Shown here: one piece after another, positions 50,359 through 59,812 of the stretch
How positions within the stretch are numbered: the first letter of the stretch is position 1
How the letters are laid out: each line of letters starts with the position of its first letter
Assembly (NCBI GenBank): GCA_043778225.1
Contig: JAYWGM010000041.1
Location: forward strand, 1 to 64,000
Source of the DNA: Deinococcales bacterium
Lineage (GTDB): Bacteria; Deinococcota; Deinococci; Deinococcales; JAAFIG01
Reading direction: 5' to 3'
Length of the DNA: 64,000 nt
Position numbers and translations under genes: made by a program
Notes under the pieces: model-generated
The model's input: the letters and a program-made list of their open reading frames with translations, nothing else
Databases searched by the model: none
What the model was told of the DNA's origin: nothing

Positions 50359-51072
50359 TTATTTTTTCTTTTTGGTGACTCGAGTCTTTAAGGTTTTGGC
50401 TTTGGGACGCGCCTTTAGGCTTTTACGCACGGCTTTCTCGAGTTTTGCACCTAATTTAGCTTTACGGGCGGCGTAATCCTCGGGTTTGACCATTCTGCCA
50501 CTGGCATCGGCTTTGAAACCCAGTTTGGCGGCGGCTTCTACAATGCGTTCAGACCAGTACGGGTCTTTGCTTCTGAATTGGTCATGCGGGTCAAGCACCG
50601 CAAAGCACCACGCGGGGGTATCGGAGATATTCTCAAAGCCACGCCAAAGGTGCATTGGCAACGAAATACTGTCCCACGGCTCGAGAATCGCTTCGCCTTC
50701 GGGTGCGCCTTCGGGGTCGTTGCCCCAGTAAAAACGCCAGCGCCCCGACATCACAAAAAACATTTCGCAATAATCGTGGCTGTGATACGCCGGTCCAGAA
50801 TTGGGTGGGCAGCAAAGCATTCCAATTTGAAATTTGTGCGGTGCGGTAATGGCGGCTTCAAAATCCGAGTTTTCGGAGGCTGTATCGCCAATCACGGCAT
50901 AGTTCATGCGCTGATGATTGGGTAGGCTCGAGTCTATAAACATCAGTGGAATACCGTTTTTGACAAGGTTATCAAAACGCACAATTCGCGCTTCAACTTC
51001 GGCATTTTCGATGCGGTACGAACCAAGGGTTTTCTCGAGTGCAGGCTTTTTGGCGACTGTTTTTTTTGCCAT
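50359..51072 (-). CDS. Cupin domain protein
   Basis: GPAYHSHDYCEMFFV..G.W, D.ISLP...WRGFEN. Confidence 0.8.
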   Translation of the reverse strand: MAKKTVAKKPALEKTLGSYRIENAEVEARIVRFDNLVKNGIPLMFIDSSLPNHQRMNYAVIGDTASENSDFEAAITAPHKFQIGMLCCPPNSGPAYHSHDYCEMFFVMSGRWRFYWGNDPEGAPEGEAILEPWDSISLPMHLWRGFENISDTPAWCFAVLDPHDQFRSKDPYWSERIVEAAAKLGFKADASGRMVKPEDYAARKAKLGAKLEKAVRKSLKARPKAKTLKTRVTKKKK

Positions 51073-51121
51073 TGAACACATCCTTAAAAAACGTCTCGAA
51101 ATGGTCTCGAGCGGCAGATAA

Positions 51122-51137
51122 TTGCATAGGTATGCAA
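51122..51137. promoter_or_regulatory. LacI-type operator upstream of the catabolic cluster
   Basis: TTGCATAGGTATGCAA near-perfect palindrome that matches the 45281-45296 site. Confidence 0.65.
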
Positions 51138-51175
51138 AAGATTCTGCTACGACCAGGCGGCGGCTGTCAAGCCCA

Positions 51176-51601
51176 TCATCTTTCTATCGGTTCTTGAAGG
51201 CGCAACGCTGCCTCTTGAAATGCCAAGCGTGATTGTCTGATGGTCTCGCGATGCTGTTCCGCCCAATGCCAAACACCACAAAAAGCCTCTCCAAGACTGC
51301 TTCCAAGCTCAGTCAAGCGGTATTCTACTCTGGGTGGTACAACCGCAAAAACAGTGCGGACAATCAGTCCGTCGGCTTCCATTTGGCGCAGCGTTTTGGT
51401 CAACATCTTTTGGCTGATTTCGCCAATCAATTCACCAAGGCGTGTAAATCGCAACTGACCATGTTCCTCGAGAACCTCCAAGGTCAGCATTGTCCACTTA
51501 TCGGCAACTCGCTCGATGATTTCTCTAACCAATTTATCGAGTTCGGGGTCATTGTAGTCCGGTAGATTTGTGGTTTTTTGATAGGTGCTGAGGTTTGTCA
51601 T
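51176..51601 (-). CDS. HxlR family winged-helix regulator
   Basis: DKWT, ISQKMLTKTLR..E.DGL, VPPRVEY.LT. Confidence 0.92.
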   Translation of the reverse strand: MTNLSTYQKTTNLPDYNDPELDKLVREIIERVADKWTMLTLEVLEEHGQLRFTRLGELIGEISQKMLTKTLRQMEADGLIVRTVFAVVPPRVEYRLTELGSSLGEAFCGVWHWAEQHRETIRQSRLAFQEAALRLQEPIER

Positions 51602-51628
51602 CTTTTCACTCTCTTTTGGGTAAGTATA

Positions 51629-51642
51629 GCACTTTTAAGTGC
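51629..51642. promoter_or_regulatory. Candidate HxlR operator
   Basis: gcactt-tt-aagtgc palindrome between the divergent hxlR and SDR genes. Confidence 0.55.
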
Positions 51643-51695
51643 CTACTTCACTTTTTTCTATTTCTCTTTTACAATTACCACCGAGGTCAATACTG

Positions 51696-52460
51696 ATGAA
51701 TATCCAAAACAATACAATTCTTATCACTGGTGGCGGTTCTGGTATCGGACGCGCTCTCGCCGAGGCTTTTTATGCTAATAATAACCAAGTCATTATTGTG
51801 GGTCGCCGTCAAGCCATGCTCGAAGAAACTGTTGCCGCCAACCCAGGCATGAAATTTAGGGTGCTTGACCTCGAGAGTGCCACCGCCATTCAGCAATTCG
51901 CCGAGCAAATTAAGCTCGAGTATCCAGCCTTAAATGTTGTGATTCACAATGCTGGCATCATGAAAAACGAATCGTTACAAGATGGCACACTCGAAGCTGC
52001 CGAAGCCACCATTACTACCAATCTGCTTGCGCCCATCCGCTTGAACGCTGCCTTGCTGTCCCATCTCGAGCAGCAACCACAAGCAACGATTATGACTGTT
52101 TCTTCGGGCTTGGCATTTGTGCCAATGGCGAGTACACCAACGTATTGTGCCACCAAAGCAGCCATCCATTCTTATACGCAATCGCTGCGCTATCAGTTAA
52201 GCAATAGTTCGGTGCAGGTTCTCGAACTGATTCCACCTTATGTACAAACCGAATTACAAGGTTCACGCCAAGCAAACGATCCGCACGCCATGCCTCTGAA
52301 GGACTTTATTGCCCAAACCATGAATATCCTCAAAAACTCGCCCGAGACGACTGAAATTTGTGTTGAACGGGTTAAGCCATTGCGTTTTGCCGAAACGAGT
52401 GGCGACTACGACACTTTTTATAAACGGTTTAACGACACAATGGCAGCCTCAGCCCATTAA
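51696..52460 (+). CDS. SDR oxidoreductase (DltE-like)
   Basis: ILITGGGSGIG, NAGI, VSSGLAFVP, YCATKAAIHS. Confidence 0.9.
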   Translation: MNIQNNTILITGGGSGIGRALAEAFYANNNQVIIVGRRQAMLEETVAANPGMKFRVLDLESATAIQQFAEQIKLEYPALNVVIHNAGIMKNESLQDGTLEAAEATITTNLLAPIRLNAALLSHLEQQPQATIMTVSSGLAFVPMASTPTYCATKAAIHSYTQSLRYQLSNSSVQVLELIPPYVQTELQGSRQANDPHAMPLKDFIAQTMNILKNSPETTEICVERVKPLRFAETSGDYDTFYKRFNDTMAASAH

Positions 52461-52478
52461 TTCGTGCCAAGATAGGCT

Positions 52479-53201
52479 ATGTCATCCATTCCAGTTGTCT
52501 TACTGCACGGTCATACCCTCGACCGTCGAATGTGGCAGCCGCAACTCGAATTTTTTAAGCCCTGTCAAGCCCCGACTTTGCGCGGCTATGGTGGCTCGAG
52601 TCCTCCCACAACCCCGTTTTCTTTTGCCGAAGATGTCCACAATTTACTCAAGGGATACCAAAAAATTCATTTGGTCGGTTTAAGTCTGGGTGGCAATGTT
52701 GCGCTTGAAATGGCAATTCGTTACCCAGAACGAATTCAAACCCTAACCCTGCTTGACTCGAGCCTCAAGGGTTTTACGCCAGACCAAGCCCAAATTGAAG
52801 CTGGAGCAACTGTGCAAACTGCCTTTGAAAATGCTGGACTCGAGGCAGCCAAACAAACTTGGTTGGACTTACCGCTTTTTGCCTCGGCTCGAGAAAATCC
52901 TGTACTAGAAAAGCAACTGGGGGCTTGGGTAGCCGATTATTCGGGCTGGCATTGGGTGCAAAATATCAGCCCATCGGCAGCCATTGCCGATGTCTCGAGC
53001 CGATTAGAAGAAGTCAAAGCCAAAACCCTAATTGTGGTTGGCGCTCGAGATGTGGCTTATTTTCAGAATGTGGCACGGTACTTGCACCAAAAGATTGCTG
53101 ACTCGAGACTCGAGGTTGTGGCGGGGGCTGGGCATCTGGTCAATCTCGAGCAGCCAGAAGTGGTAAACGCCTTACTCGAGTCTCATTTCTTGGCTTGGTA
53201 G
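52479..53201 (+). CDS. Alpha/beta hydrolase
   Basis: LLHG, GLSLGG nucleophile elbow, AGHL.NLE. Confidence 0.9.
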   Translation: MSSIPVVLLHGHTLDRRMWQPQLEFFKPCQAPTLRGYGGSSPPTTPFSFAEDVHNLLKGYQKIHLVGLSLGGNVALEMAIRYPERIQTLTLLDSSLKGFTPDQAQIEAGATVQTAFENAGLEAAKQTWLDLPLFASARENPVLEKQLGAWVADYSGWHWVQNISPSAAIADVSSRLEEVKAKTLIVVGARDVAYFQNVARYLHQKIADSRLEVVAGAGHLVNLEQPEVVNALLESHFLAW

Positions 53202-53216
53202 AGTAGACTAGAAACC

Positions 53217-53735
53217 ATGTTGTTATCCAAAGCTGACATTATCTCAGCATTGACTCGTCTTGGTGAGTTTGCCGCATCAGATGGGCAACATTTGCGCTTA
53301 GTCATTGTTGGTGGGGCAGTCATGACACTCGCTTATGATGCTCGAGACAGCACAAAAGACATAGATGCGCTTTTTCTTACACCGCCAGAAGCAAGTCAAA
53401 CCCGAGCATGGGCAAGTTTGGTTGCATCTGAACTTAATTTAGCCCAAGATTGGTTAAATGATGGAGCAAAAGGCTTTCTCAATGGTGTGACTCGAGGTGA
53501 TCAACTCATCAATTCACGGGGAATAGAAGTTTGGCAAGTCGCACCTGAACAAATGTTAGCCATGAAACTGAGCGCTTGGCGAGACGATACTGATATAAAT
53601 GATGTAAAACGATTATTACAAGAATTTAAGCAATCTACACTCGAAGAAATTTGGTTATTACTCGAGCCATATTTAATTCGTGGAAAAGAACAAAAAGCTC
53701 GTTATGCTTTAGAGGATGCGTGGGCAGATGTCTGA
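53217..53735 (+). CDS. Nucleotidyltransferase-fold protein (DUF6036/AbiEii-like)
   Basis: IVGGA, R.STKDID, WLN, LAMK..A.RD. Confidence 0.75.
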   Translation: MLLSKADIISALTRLGEFAASDGQHLRLVIVGGAVMTLAYDARDSTKDIDALFLTPPEASQTRAWASLVASELNLAQDWLNDGAKGFLNGVTRGDQLINSRGIEVWQVAPEQMLAMKLSAWRDDTDINDVKRLLQEFKQSTLEEIWLLLEPYLIRGKEQKARYALEDAWADV

Positions 53736-54081
53736 CCTTGAAATTCTGGCACAAGCCGCAGCACAACGCGACAGTTTGCAACTCAGGGCTTTGACACTCG
53801 AGTTTTTAGAAAACCATAAAACTTTCGAGCATATTGTCATGCCAAACGTTCAAGATAAAAAATTACTAGCTATTGCAGCAGGGCTACTCGAGTTATTCGC
53901 GGCTCGGCAAGGGCAGCAAGCACCGTCTTGGGTTCGTACAATTGGCAGTACAGAACCATTTTTTTTGGTGGCAGCCGCCGAAAGAATGCCACGATTACGA
54001 GAATTATGCTTGACAGAATCACCACCAGAATTGCAAAAATACGGTTTGTATGCACCACCGAATTTTCTCGAGTTCGTGTAA
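53728..54081 (+). CDS. Hypothetical partner of the nucleotidyltransferase
   Basis: Overlaps the preceding gene; P.W, PFFL, ESP.E motifs. Confidence 0.6.
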   Translation: MSDLEILAQAAAQRDSLQLRALTLEFLENHKTFEHIVMPNVQDKKLLAIAAGLLELFAARQGQQAPSWVRTIGSTEPFFLVAAAERMPRLRELCLTESPPELQKYGLYAPPNFLEFV

Positions 54082-54159
54082 AATTAGGATATAGATTAGG
54101 AATTTTGAGTTCAAAGAATCCATAAAGTTTGAATTAACGATATGCTGTTGGTAATTATC

Positions 54160-57100
54160 ATGTCAAAGAAAAATAAGCAGCCTCGCAAATCGCAAGCTCG
54201 AAGCCTTGAAAATTCTTTACGGGTTTTTGGTATCCATGAAAAAAGTGTCGCAGTTAAAATCAATAGTCGTACTTCCGTCATACAACGAGAGCGCAATAGC
54301 ACACATACATTAGTGCGAAATGCCAAACAATATATTCGCACAGTAGTTCATCCTGATTTATATGAGCAGGTTTTAGATTGGTATCAATCAGCTTTTAGAT
54401 TGCCTATAGATGAAGTGGCTATTAAAGTTCAAAAATCCATTGAACTACTTTCACCTGATACAGCATTCGGGGCATTACCACTTCGTAGTGAACTCTTTTG
54501 GGCAGCAACTATGCTGTCTAAAAGAGTTGAGCATCTTATCAAATTCCTAAACTTGTCATCTTCATTTTCTGATGCAATTATGTCTGGTGATAAAGCTTTA
54601 GCAGAAGAGCTTCTAGTCAAGGTTGAACTAATAACAGGGCAATCTTTCTGGCTAATAGAAGCAAAATTAGCTTTCCTTCAGTTTGAATATGGACTTGAAC
54701 AACAAAAAGCATATGCAAACACTTTTCAAGAATCTGCGCCTGCCAGTTTTGCGGCTTTTGTAGCCCATTATATCAGCCAACGGAATGAAGAAAGCGTTTC
54801 ACCGACAAGAATGTCCACTGCATTTCGGCAAAAACTGGATTCATGGAGTATGGCATCTGATTTACGCGATTATGTCGAATATCGAGTAATAGGAGATTTA
54901 CCAACTTCACGAACTTCTCTGGCTAACATTCTTGTAATTGAAGGCGAAATGTCTATCATTGACCTATTAGACACATTTTTCCGTATTGCTACTGTACTAT
55001 CAGTTGAAGGGGACGATACTGACAAAAATCTAATTGCCACAATTTTGACAAAGTTCCCCAAGCTACCAGATATTCGATTTAGCGTACTTGCCCAAGTTGT
55101 GGGTTGCTCCTATGTACCACTTCCTCCAGCAAAAACTGAACTTATTCTTGCAACTAATGCCTATTTAAGTGGTCAAATTTCTATTGCTCGAGATATATTG
55201 AATGGGTATCTACTTTCTTATCCTTCCGACGTACTAGGTTTATTTGAAGCGGCTCGAGTTGGTGTTTATTTTGACCCGCTCAAGCCTTCCAATTTACAGG
55301 AAACTATGTTGCAGTTGATGACAGATACGTTTCGGCGAGACATTGAACTGAATCTAGCACTATCAAAATTAGATAAATTATCTCGAAACTTCCGTTTTCT
55401 AAATATAGGATTACCACTACAAGCCTTAGTTCAACAGTTTGATTTTATAAATCCAAAAAAGCACAAGCAACTTGAAACCATGTTATTTATTGCTACACCT
55501 GCTATACATCCTAGTCATGCAATCGGACTGAATGGGGAAAATCGTAGCATTTTTATAAATAAATGTTCAGAACACTTTACCCAATGTTCAACGCTAGAAT
55601 TTGCTCAAATTACTATTGGTCAGAAACCCCTAGGTTCTAATCTAAGTATAGACAATTACATATGGGCGCAATATCATTTTGCGCTTCAAAAGTCTGATAA
55701 AAAGGAAATAATTAATTGCCTAAATCAGCTTTCTCAAAGCTCTGATTCCATTTCAAAACGTGCTGCTATTAGTGAAAAAATTTTAGCACTTTCAGTTATG
55801 CAACAACTTGAAGAAGCGATAAAACTAATTGCCACTACAATTGTTTCAGACCCGCTTTGTCAGCGTTCACTACCCTTACAAGCAGTATTCGCAGAGAAAA
55901 CCTATTCACAGCTTGAAGTATTTCGGTTTGAACCATATGTACATATTGGACTCATGGCGTATTTTCAACAGTCGGATGACAAAGATGCTTTTGACAGCCT
56001 CCGTTCTTTATGGGACGAGTTTATTGATTCGAGAGGTATATTTGATTTATCTGATTTAGAGTATTACTGCGAGCAATTTTCTAAAGAAGTTACGATTTAC
56101 TTTCTACGCTATGTTTGTATTGAAGACGTGATGGATATAAGTACATTATTTTCAACCTCTATTGAAGTCAGTATTCAGCGTTCAAAAATCTGTGAGAGAT
56201 TAATGGATTTAGACCCAGAAAATGCGCCCGAATACCGCCAAGAAATTGTTGAAACCTCAAAGCAAATGAAAGTCCTTGAAGGGTTGCAGCATTTTGACCA
56301 GAGTCGAGTGTACGTTAATGGAGAAGCACTATTTCGTTGGGGAAATCGAGAATTGATTGAGCCATTTGATCGCTATACTCGTCTTATTGAAGCAGGCTTA
56401 GGAGGGTCAGAAGAAGAATTTGAAGAAGCTATCAAACAATACACGAATACTGGCAACGTATTGCCAAAAAAATTCCTTGAAATACCCACAACTGAGTCTA
56501 TAGCTTTGCTGCTTGAGATGATTGATCGTTTTTGGAGTGAATATAGATACCATCCCTTGCATGGACTCGATAGCTATCTTAGTTTACGCATACGTCATGG
56601 TTCGTTATCAGGTCATTTAAGAGGACCTTTTGAACAAGATAAACTTCTTATCACAGAGGATGAATCCGAGGAAAGTCTTAATAAACTCAGATTATGGTTT
56701 GATGAAGAAGCAGAGATTAGTGAATTAAAAATTACTGAAATAATACAAATCTTCAAAAAATTTTCGGATTCTTTTCAGAAAATAATTAGTCGGTTGAATC
56801 ACGACTTACTCCAAATTAGAAGTGACATTAAACCTAATGGATTATTCCTAAATACTATTCAGGAGAATTACTTACGGTATATTAAGAAAAAAACAGACCA
56901 GCCACCGAATCTCGAAGAGTTCTTGACTGCTTGTAGCATTGTTTTTGAGCTAGTCATTCGTGAAGCTATGACACATATACGAACTGAGCTTACTGAAAAT
57001 ACTATGCTTGCAGTCGAACAATGTGTTGGATGCTTTAAAGACTCACTAAATAATATACTTACGGAAAATGAGTTCAGCAGCTTACGTGCTGCTATCTCCC

Positions 57101-57702
57101 ATAGGTTTACAGATTTTCAAACAGCTATTACGCAAGTTTCAGAATGGTTCAAAGGTGATGTACGAGCGTTTGCTGCTGTGAGTTTTACATTTGATGAGAT
57201 ACTAGATGTGGCTGTGGATGTAATTCGTCGAACACATCGTGGTCGTAATTTCGAGTTGATTCGTAAGATTGACATTGAAGAGCGTCAAGGTATGGATGTT
57301 TTACAAGAAGTGGTAGATATTTTATTTATTGTTTTCGCCAATGCTTTGACTCATTCCAAAATTTCAGATAATTTGTGCATTGAAATACTTGCTAGTAAGG
57401 TCGAGTCTAACCATACCTTAAAAATACGAATCAGTAATAATGTTTCGCCTGACGTAAAAACACCAGACTGTATCGAAAAACTCAACTCGATTCGCATGTC
57501 AATAGAATCAGAAGAGTATCTTGGTCATACGCATTTAGAAGGGGGTACAGGACTAAAGAAACTAAAAAAAATCGCATCTGCACACCAAAACCATAATCTT
57601 AGTTATGGTTTTGGTGATGAAAATACTTTTTTCGTGGATCTGGAACTGGCAATGCTTAGTACCCCAGTTGCGCCAGTCGAAATCCCGAATATCGAGGTGT
57701 AA
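54160..57702 (+). CDS. dtcA: Detocs DtcA-like sensor: large helical region plus C-terminal histidine-kinase-like ATPase
   Basis: LS.RIRHG (candidate phospho-His), FANALTHS N-box, EGGTGLKKL G-box; followed by REC and REC-PNP genes. Confidence 0.75.
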   Translation: MSKKNKQPRKSQARSLENSLRVFGIHEKSVAVKINSRTSVIQRERNSTHTLVRNAKQYIRTVVHPDLYEQVLDWYQSAFRLPIDEVAIKVQKSIELLSPDTAFGALPLRSELFWAATMLSKRVEHLIKFLNLSSSFSDAIMSGDKALAEELLVKVELITGQSFWLIEAKLAFLQFEYGLEQQKAYANTFQESAPASFAAFVAHYISQRNEESVSPTRMSTAFRQKLDSWSMASDLRDYVEYRVIGDLPTSRTSLANILVIEGEMSIIDLLDTFFRIATVLSVEGDDTDKNLIATILTKFPKLPDIRFSVLAQVVGCSYVPLPPAKTELILATNAYLSGQISIARDILNGYLLSYPSDVLGLFEAARVGVYFDPLKPSNLQETMLQLMTDTFRRDIELNLALSKLDKLSRNFRFLNIGLPLQALVQQFDFINPKKHKQLETMLFIATPAIHPSHAIGLNGENRSIFINKCSEHFTQCSTLEFAQITIGQKPLGSNLSIDNYIWAQYHFALQKSDKKEIINCLNQLSQSSDSISKRAAISEKILALSVMQQLEEAIKLIATTIVSDPLCQRSLPLQAVFAEKTYSQLEVFRFEPYVHIGLMAYFQQSDDKDAFDSLRSLWDEFIDSRGIFDLSDLEYYCEQFSKEVTIYFLRYVCIEDVMDISTLFSTSIEVSIQRSKICERLMDLDPENAPEYRQEIVETSKQMKVLEGLQHFDQSRVYVNGEALFRWGNRELIEPFDRYTRLIEAGLGGSEEEFEEAIKQYTNTGNVLPKKFLEIPTTESIALLLEMIDRFWSEYRYHPLHGLDSYLSLRIRHGSLSGHLRGPFEQDKLLITEDESEESLNKLRLWFDEEAEISELKITEIIQIFKKFSDSFQKIISRLNHDLLQIRSDIKPNGLFLNTIQENYLRYIKKKTDQPPNLEEFLTACSIVFELVIREAMTHIRTELTENTMLAVEQCVGCFKDSLNNILTENEFSSLRAAISHRFTDFQTAITQVSEWFKGDVRAFAAVSFTFDEILDVAVDVIRRTHRGRNFELIRKIDIEERQGMDVLQEVVDILFIVFANALTHSKISDNLCIEILASKVESNHTLKIRISNNVSPDVKTPDCIEKLNSIRMSIESEEYLGHTHLEGGTGLKKLKKIASAHQNHNLSYGFGDENTFFVDLELAMLSTPVAPVEIPNIEV

Positions 57703-57704
57703 TC

Positions 57705-58181
57705 GTGAATCTACTTCTTGTGGAAGATGATCTACCTAAACGAATTCAGATTGCCGAATGGGTCAACGAATTCCTACCTGACGTTGTATTAACAATTGAA
57801 TATTCCGTAAATGCAGCAATGCGGGCTATTAAAAATAATCTATTTGATTTAATCATTTTAGATATGTCATTACCAACATATACACCGATGGGCAACGAAT
57901 CTGGAGGAAGACCACAGGGCTTTGGGGGGCAAGAAGTTTTACGTTTATTAGACCGACGCAAGCTGTCTCCAGTCGTTGTAGTTGTGACTCAATTTCAAAC
58001 ATTTGGTACTGGTAGTGAGTTAGTAACTTTAGAAATGCTTGCAGAAAGTCTTAATACAGTCCATCCACAAACATTTCGCGGTATTGTGTTTTACGAAGGA
58101 GCAAATGGGTCATGGAAAAACGTACTTCACGAAAAGATATTTAGTGCTATACAACTTGGAGAGTCAAAGAATGAAATTTAA
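57705..58181 (+). CDS. dtcB: Detocs DtcB-like stand-alone response regulator receiver
   Basis: LLLVEDD, LIILDMSLP, VVVVTQF. Confidence 0.78.
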   Translation: MNLLLVEDDLPKRIQIAEWVNEFLPDVVLTIEYSVNAAMRAIKNNLFDLIILDMSLPTYTPMGNESGGRPQGFGGQEVLRLLDRRKLSPVVVVVTQFQTFGTGSELVTLEMLAESLNTVHPQTFRGIVFYEGANGSWKNVLHEKIFSAIQLGESKNEI

Positions 58182-59391
58182 GGTTTTAGTTGTTGATGAT
58201 ACCTCTGCGAAGATTGCTCAAATTATTGATGTTTTACAAATAGGCAATATAGAACGTGCCAATATTGAAACTGCTCAAACAGGTATTGAGGCACTTAGGC
58301 AACTTCAACAAAACAAGTTTGACCTTATGGTTCTTGACCTTGCGCTACCATTTCGTGCTGAAAATCAGCCTTCTCTTAAAGGAGGAATCGAACTTATAGA
58401 GGAGTATATTAAACACAGCAAATATCATAAGCCAACACACGTGATTGGATTAACTGCTTATGAAGACCTCAAGGATGAATCAAAAAATTATTTTGATGAG
58501 CGTTGTTGGTCATTATTAAGCTACAGTGCTACAAATCAATGGAAACGAAGACTGTCGGAGTATGTTGAATATGCAGAAAGTGCAAGTAAGAGTCTCGAAG
58601 ATGCGTCTTACGTCACGGACTTGTGTATAGTGACTGCCCTCCCTACTCCAGAGTTACAAATGGTTAGGCAACTCAATTGGAATTGGTCACAGGCTTTACC
58701 AATGGACTCTACTACTATGGTGTATAGGGGGACTATTTCAATAAATGGGCAAGAGTTTACTGTTGTAGCTGCTTCAAGTTTACGAATGGGCATGGTTGAG
58801 AGTGCGCTTTTAACATCGAAACTTATTGCAAAATTTCGTCCTCAAGTCGTGGCAATGTGTGGAATTTGTGCCGGAGTTTCAAATTCAGTAAATATTGGTG
58901 ATGTAATACTGGCGGATGCAACATGGGATTATCAGAGTGGTAAAAGGACAATTTCTAATTCAGGTTCGGAGTTATCTGTTGCTCCTGACATTATTTCCGT
59001 TTCCGATAATGTAATATCACGGTTTCAAGAACTTGCTAATCGCACAAATATCTGGAGTGATATTGAAAATAAATGGCTGGGCGAAAAACCAACTCATTCA
59101 CTTCGTGCCAAAATTGGTCCTATTGCATCGGGGTCTTCGGTCGCAGCAGATGGGGAAACTATTGTAGAAGTTCGAGAACAACATCGTAAACTTCTTGGTA
59201 TTGATATGGAAATATATGGTGTTTATGCTGCAAGTCGGGCTGCTTTAATTCCAAAACCAATGACCTTCGCTCTTAAATCCGTATGCGATTTTGCAGATGG
59301 GCAAAAAGATGATAAATTCCAAGCGTATGCTGCGTTTACAAGCGCGAAAGCCCTAGAAGCATTGGTTGAAACATTATTGCCCTATTTGTAG
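58171..59391 (+). CDS. dtcC: Detocs DtcC-like receiver fused to a PNP/nucleosidase effector
   Basis: VLVVDD...LDLALP receiver, then GICAG, IGDV, WDYQSGK, IASGS, GIDME, KSVCDFAD. Confidence 0.82.
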   Translation: MKFKVLVVDDTSAKIAQIIDVLQIGNIERANIETAQTGIEALRQLQQNKFDLMVLDLALPFRAENQPSLKGGIELIEEYIKHSKYHKPTHVIGLTAYEDLKDESKNYFDERCWSLLSYSATNQWKRRLSEYVEYAESASKSLEDASYVTDLCIVTALPTPELQMVRQLNWNWSQALPMDSTTMVYRGTISINGQEFTVVAASSLRMGMVESALLTSKLIAKFRPQVVAMCGICAGVSNSVNIGDVILADATWDYQSGKRTISNSGSELSVAPDIISVSDNVISRFQELANRTNIWSDIENKWLGEKPTHSLRAKIGPIASGSSVAADGETIVEVREQHRKLLGIDMEIYGVYAASRAALIPKPMTFALKSVCDFADGQKDDKFQAYAAFTSAKALEALVETLLPYL

Positions 59392-59503
59392 CTTATTGAA
59401 CTAGCCTTCATATGTAGTTTGATGGGAATACACTGCTTCGAGTTTCGGTGCTTGAAGTATTGGCTTAAAATCTTTGTTTAGAATGTTCGAGTATACTCAA
59501 GGT

Positions 59504-59812
59504 ATGGACATCAGTACCCGTCAACCCAACCCAAACGATTCAAAATTTGCCACTCGAGGCGAGAGGATTACATTTACCAGCCAACCGCTCGAGAAAGAAG
59601 TTCTCACCACGCAAGAAGCGGCAGACTGGTTGTGTATATCACGTCCGCATTTTCTGCGCTTGCTCAAGCGTGGGCGATTGCCTTTTCATAAAGTTGGTAA
59701 TCAACGCCGTGTGAATTTTGCAGATGTAAAAGCCTTCCAAAAGAATCGCCGTGAAGCCGCTCTGAACGAACTAACCGCGCTCAGTCAAGAAATGGGTTTG
59801 TACAACCTCTAA
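59504..59812 (+). CDS. Excisionase-like HTH_17 DNA-binding protein
   Basis: [33 protein letters not shown] 6 nt before ATG. Confidence 0.85.
   Translation: MDISTRQPNPNDSKFATRGERITFTSQPLEKEVLTTQEAADWLCISRPHFLRLLKRGRLPFHKVGNQRRVNFADVKAFQKNRREAALNELTALSQEMGLYNL

Noticed and set aside
54160..59391. Ordinary regulatory two-component system or housekeeping MTA/SAH nucleosidase
   Set aside because: There is no DNA-binding output or obvious membrane sensor. The REC-PNP fusion and foreign composition fit Detocs better.
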